In this document: positions 61,767 to 64,000 of the stretch, piece by piece | Position numbering within the stretch: position 1 is the stretch's first letter | How the letters are laid out: each line of letters opens with the position of its first letter | NCBI RefSeq assembly: GCF_004010195.1 | Contig: NC_057711.1 | Coordinates: 69,506,059-69,570,058 of the forward strand | Direction of reading: 5' to 3' | Origin: Chiloscyllium plagiosum | Taxonomy: Eukaryota | Length of the DNA stretch: 64,000 nucleotides | Translations under genes and position numbers: made by a program | Notes under the pieces: generated by a model | Told to the model about the DNA's origin: nothing | The model's database searches: none | The model's input: the letters and a program-made list of their open reading frames with translations, nothing else

Positions 61767-64000
61767 TGTATTTATACATAAAGTTTGCATATTGCAAAAC
61801 TAATCTAATCTAAAGGCCAATATGTAACACTATTTTTAATCCTAACACATGAGCAATTTCAGTGTAACTTCCTTAGAACTAAGCTTTTATTTCAGTATTA
61901 CAAATATTGTGAAATAAAATGTGCAGATTGCCACATTTAATTGGATTTTCCAAATGATTCTACCTAGCCAGATTTCAATCTGGTTTACAGCAGGCAAAAT
62001 TCATCAAGTAACATCATAAAATGACAGTGGACTAATTTTCTTATAAGTGACAGATTTAACATATTTAGAAATAATGCCTACGTTTTACATATTTGCAACA
62101 GATCTATGAAGAAAACATAATGTTGATAATCCTGCCAAAATGACCCATTTCTTGGTATTAACCAAACTTGGTAGCTTTCTCACTCTTTGTTTAATTATCA
62201 TCCTTTTTCTCGCCTTGCACCTTATTTTATTGATCTGTGTATGGCTTGTGACTGCATATTCCTGAAGGGATTGAAATTGCAAGTCCCAGCAAGCCTCAGA
62301 GACCTTGAGATTGATTGGCTCATTTGCACCTCAGTGGAATCCTCCTTACACCAGAGCATCATTTAGGTCTGTGTTCTTCCATCTACCTTGTTTGCTGTAA
62401 ATAGCTGCTCATTATGTCAGGTCAGGCTAGTGCTGTGGCGTCATGGCTCAGTGATCGTGAGCAGCTTGCAGAATACTGCAGGGAAGCCTCTTGGGAAAAA
62501 GACATGTCTCAGGCTTTGTAGTTGTCAAGGTTATAAGCGACAGTTTAGCTTGAAGGTTTAAAACGCACTAGCAAAACCCTAACTTCTCTGGCAAATGACT
62601 TTACAACGAGTTGACACTTGGTTTGAAATAAGACAGATGTTGGTGCAGTTTTCTTCAAGTTTGCTCTAATTCTAGGAGGTCCAATTCACCAAACTTAATC
62701 CTCTACATCAGCTGAAGACTGACAGTGTGAGACAGGCCCATTTATTTTTGTAAACACTGTGACTGAATAATTTTCACCATTGTTTGATTCCACTGCTTTA
62801 ACTCATTGAGAAAAAAAGTGTATGCATTGGCCTATAAGATGTTATATTTTTTGAGACACTGAATTTAAACATACTTTCATGTGAATTCATCACTCCATAT
62901 TTGACTTCAGCAACAGTGCAACTACAATACAATCAAATTGTACTGCATGTTATGAGTTACCCAGCTGTTAAATTTCCTGAGGATCAATAGTCGATCTTAT
63001 CCTGATTCATATTAGGACTAGCCCGTTACAGAGTCATTTGCAACCCTATGTAACACAAGTGTTGTGCAATACATATTTGTAAGAAGTAGCGGGTTACATT
63101 CATTTTTGGTTGTGGGAAGTTTATAAATAATGGTTATCAATATGCATACTTTTCTGACACTTACAATTTGATCTACATTATGATTGTGATGCATTAACCA
63201 TCCTGTAAGTCCATAAATGTTTTATGATGTTTAATCATGTTTAATCATGTATTAATATGATGTAAAGTTCACAGGTAAAAAGTAGGTAAGTAAGATCAGG
63301 AATAAATCTTTTTGAAAGCTTTAGGCACAGAATAATTTTGTTTCTACATGTAATGGTTCTGAGCTACTTTAACTACAAAAGTACATGAAACTTGAAATGC
63401 ATGTATATGCATGAAATTAAGCCAATGACAAACACTACTTTGATTTCTTTTAATCGTTATTGTGCACTTAGAACCTTTTGTGTGTGATTTTATGATTAGT
63501 GATGTATCATGATACTATCTATTTTTAAGAGTCAGCTACTGAGTTACCAGGGCAACTGAATATAGTTCCATTCAATATTACTAAGTACAAATGAAGTTAA
63601 AATGTCTGGGTATTTCTTATTTCTAATTTGGTGATAGTCACTGATTGAACATTAAATAGAGTTAGAAAGCCAGTTTGCTGTTTCAGACACGAAAGGGAGA
63701 GACTCAATCTTTGTGCACAGCCAGCATTAACTTACAAGGATTAGATTGTCCGCCAAGTTGTCTGCACGATTTGCTGCTATGGAAACAATTAAACTTTCAG
63801 TTTCAAAGCTGGCTTCTCAGCCATGTTAAATGTAAGTAATGGTGACAAGAATTGCTGTGCATTTGATCCAAATGATGTTATTGTATCAGTTTTACAAGAT
63901 TACCAATTACTGCGGTAAGATTGATTCAAGTCTATGCTCTCTGGAAGTTGTACTTTGACTTATTCCTTCTGCTGCACAGCTGTACTTCAAAGGCCAGAAT

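Overview
Eukaryotic, repeat-dense, non-genic (intergenic or deep-intronic) DNA. The repeat families (CR1 and L2-type LINEs, fish-type L1, Penelope-like elements, a tRNA-headed SINE, Gypsy LTRs, a class I ERV, Harbinger) suggest a cartilaginous fish (shark-like); this is an inference. No host protein-coding exon could be supported. The most notable items are: (1) a dense population of Penelope-derived mini-elements carrying minimal hammerhead-ribozyme cores, including a ~405-nt ribozyme-to-ribozyme unit (retrozyme-like) split by a full-length, multiply nested L1 (34691-44849); (2) an internally deleted epsilon-like ERV whose 3' end is inverted, so the two LTR starts face each other (47283-51637); (3) a 119-bp 'mini-L1' made only of an L1-like 5' end and 3' end, with a 15-bp TSD; (4) a ~360-bp inverted duplication and several smaller template-switch-like scars. 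Three N gaps lie inside young repeats. Boundaries of degraded elements are approximate and were read by eye.
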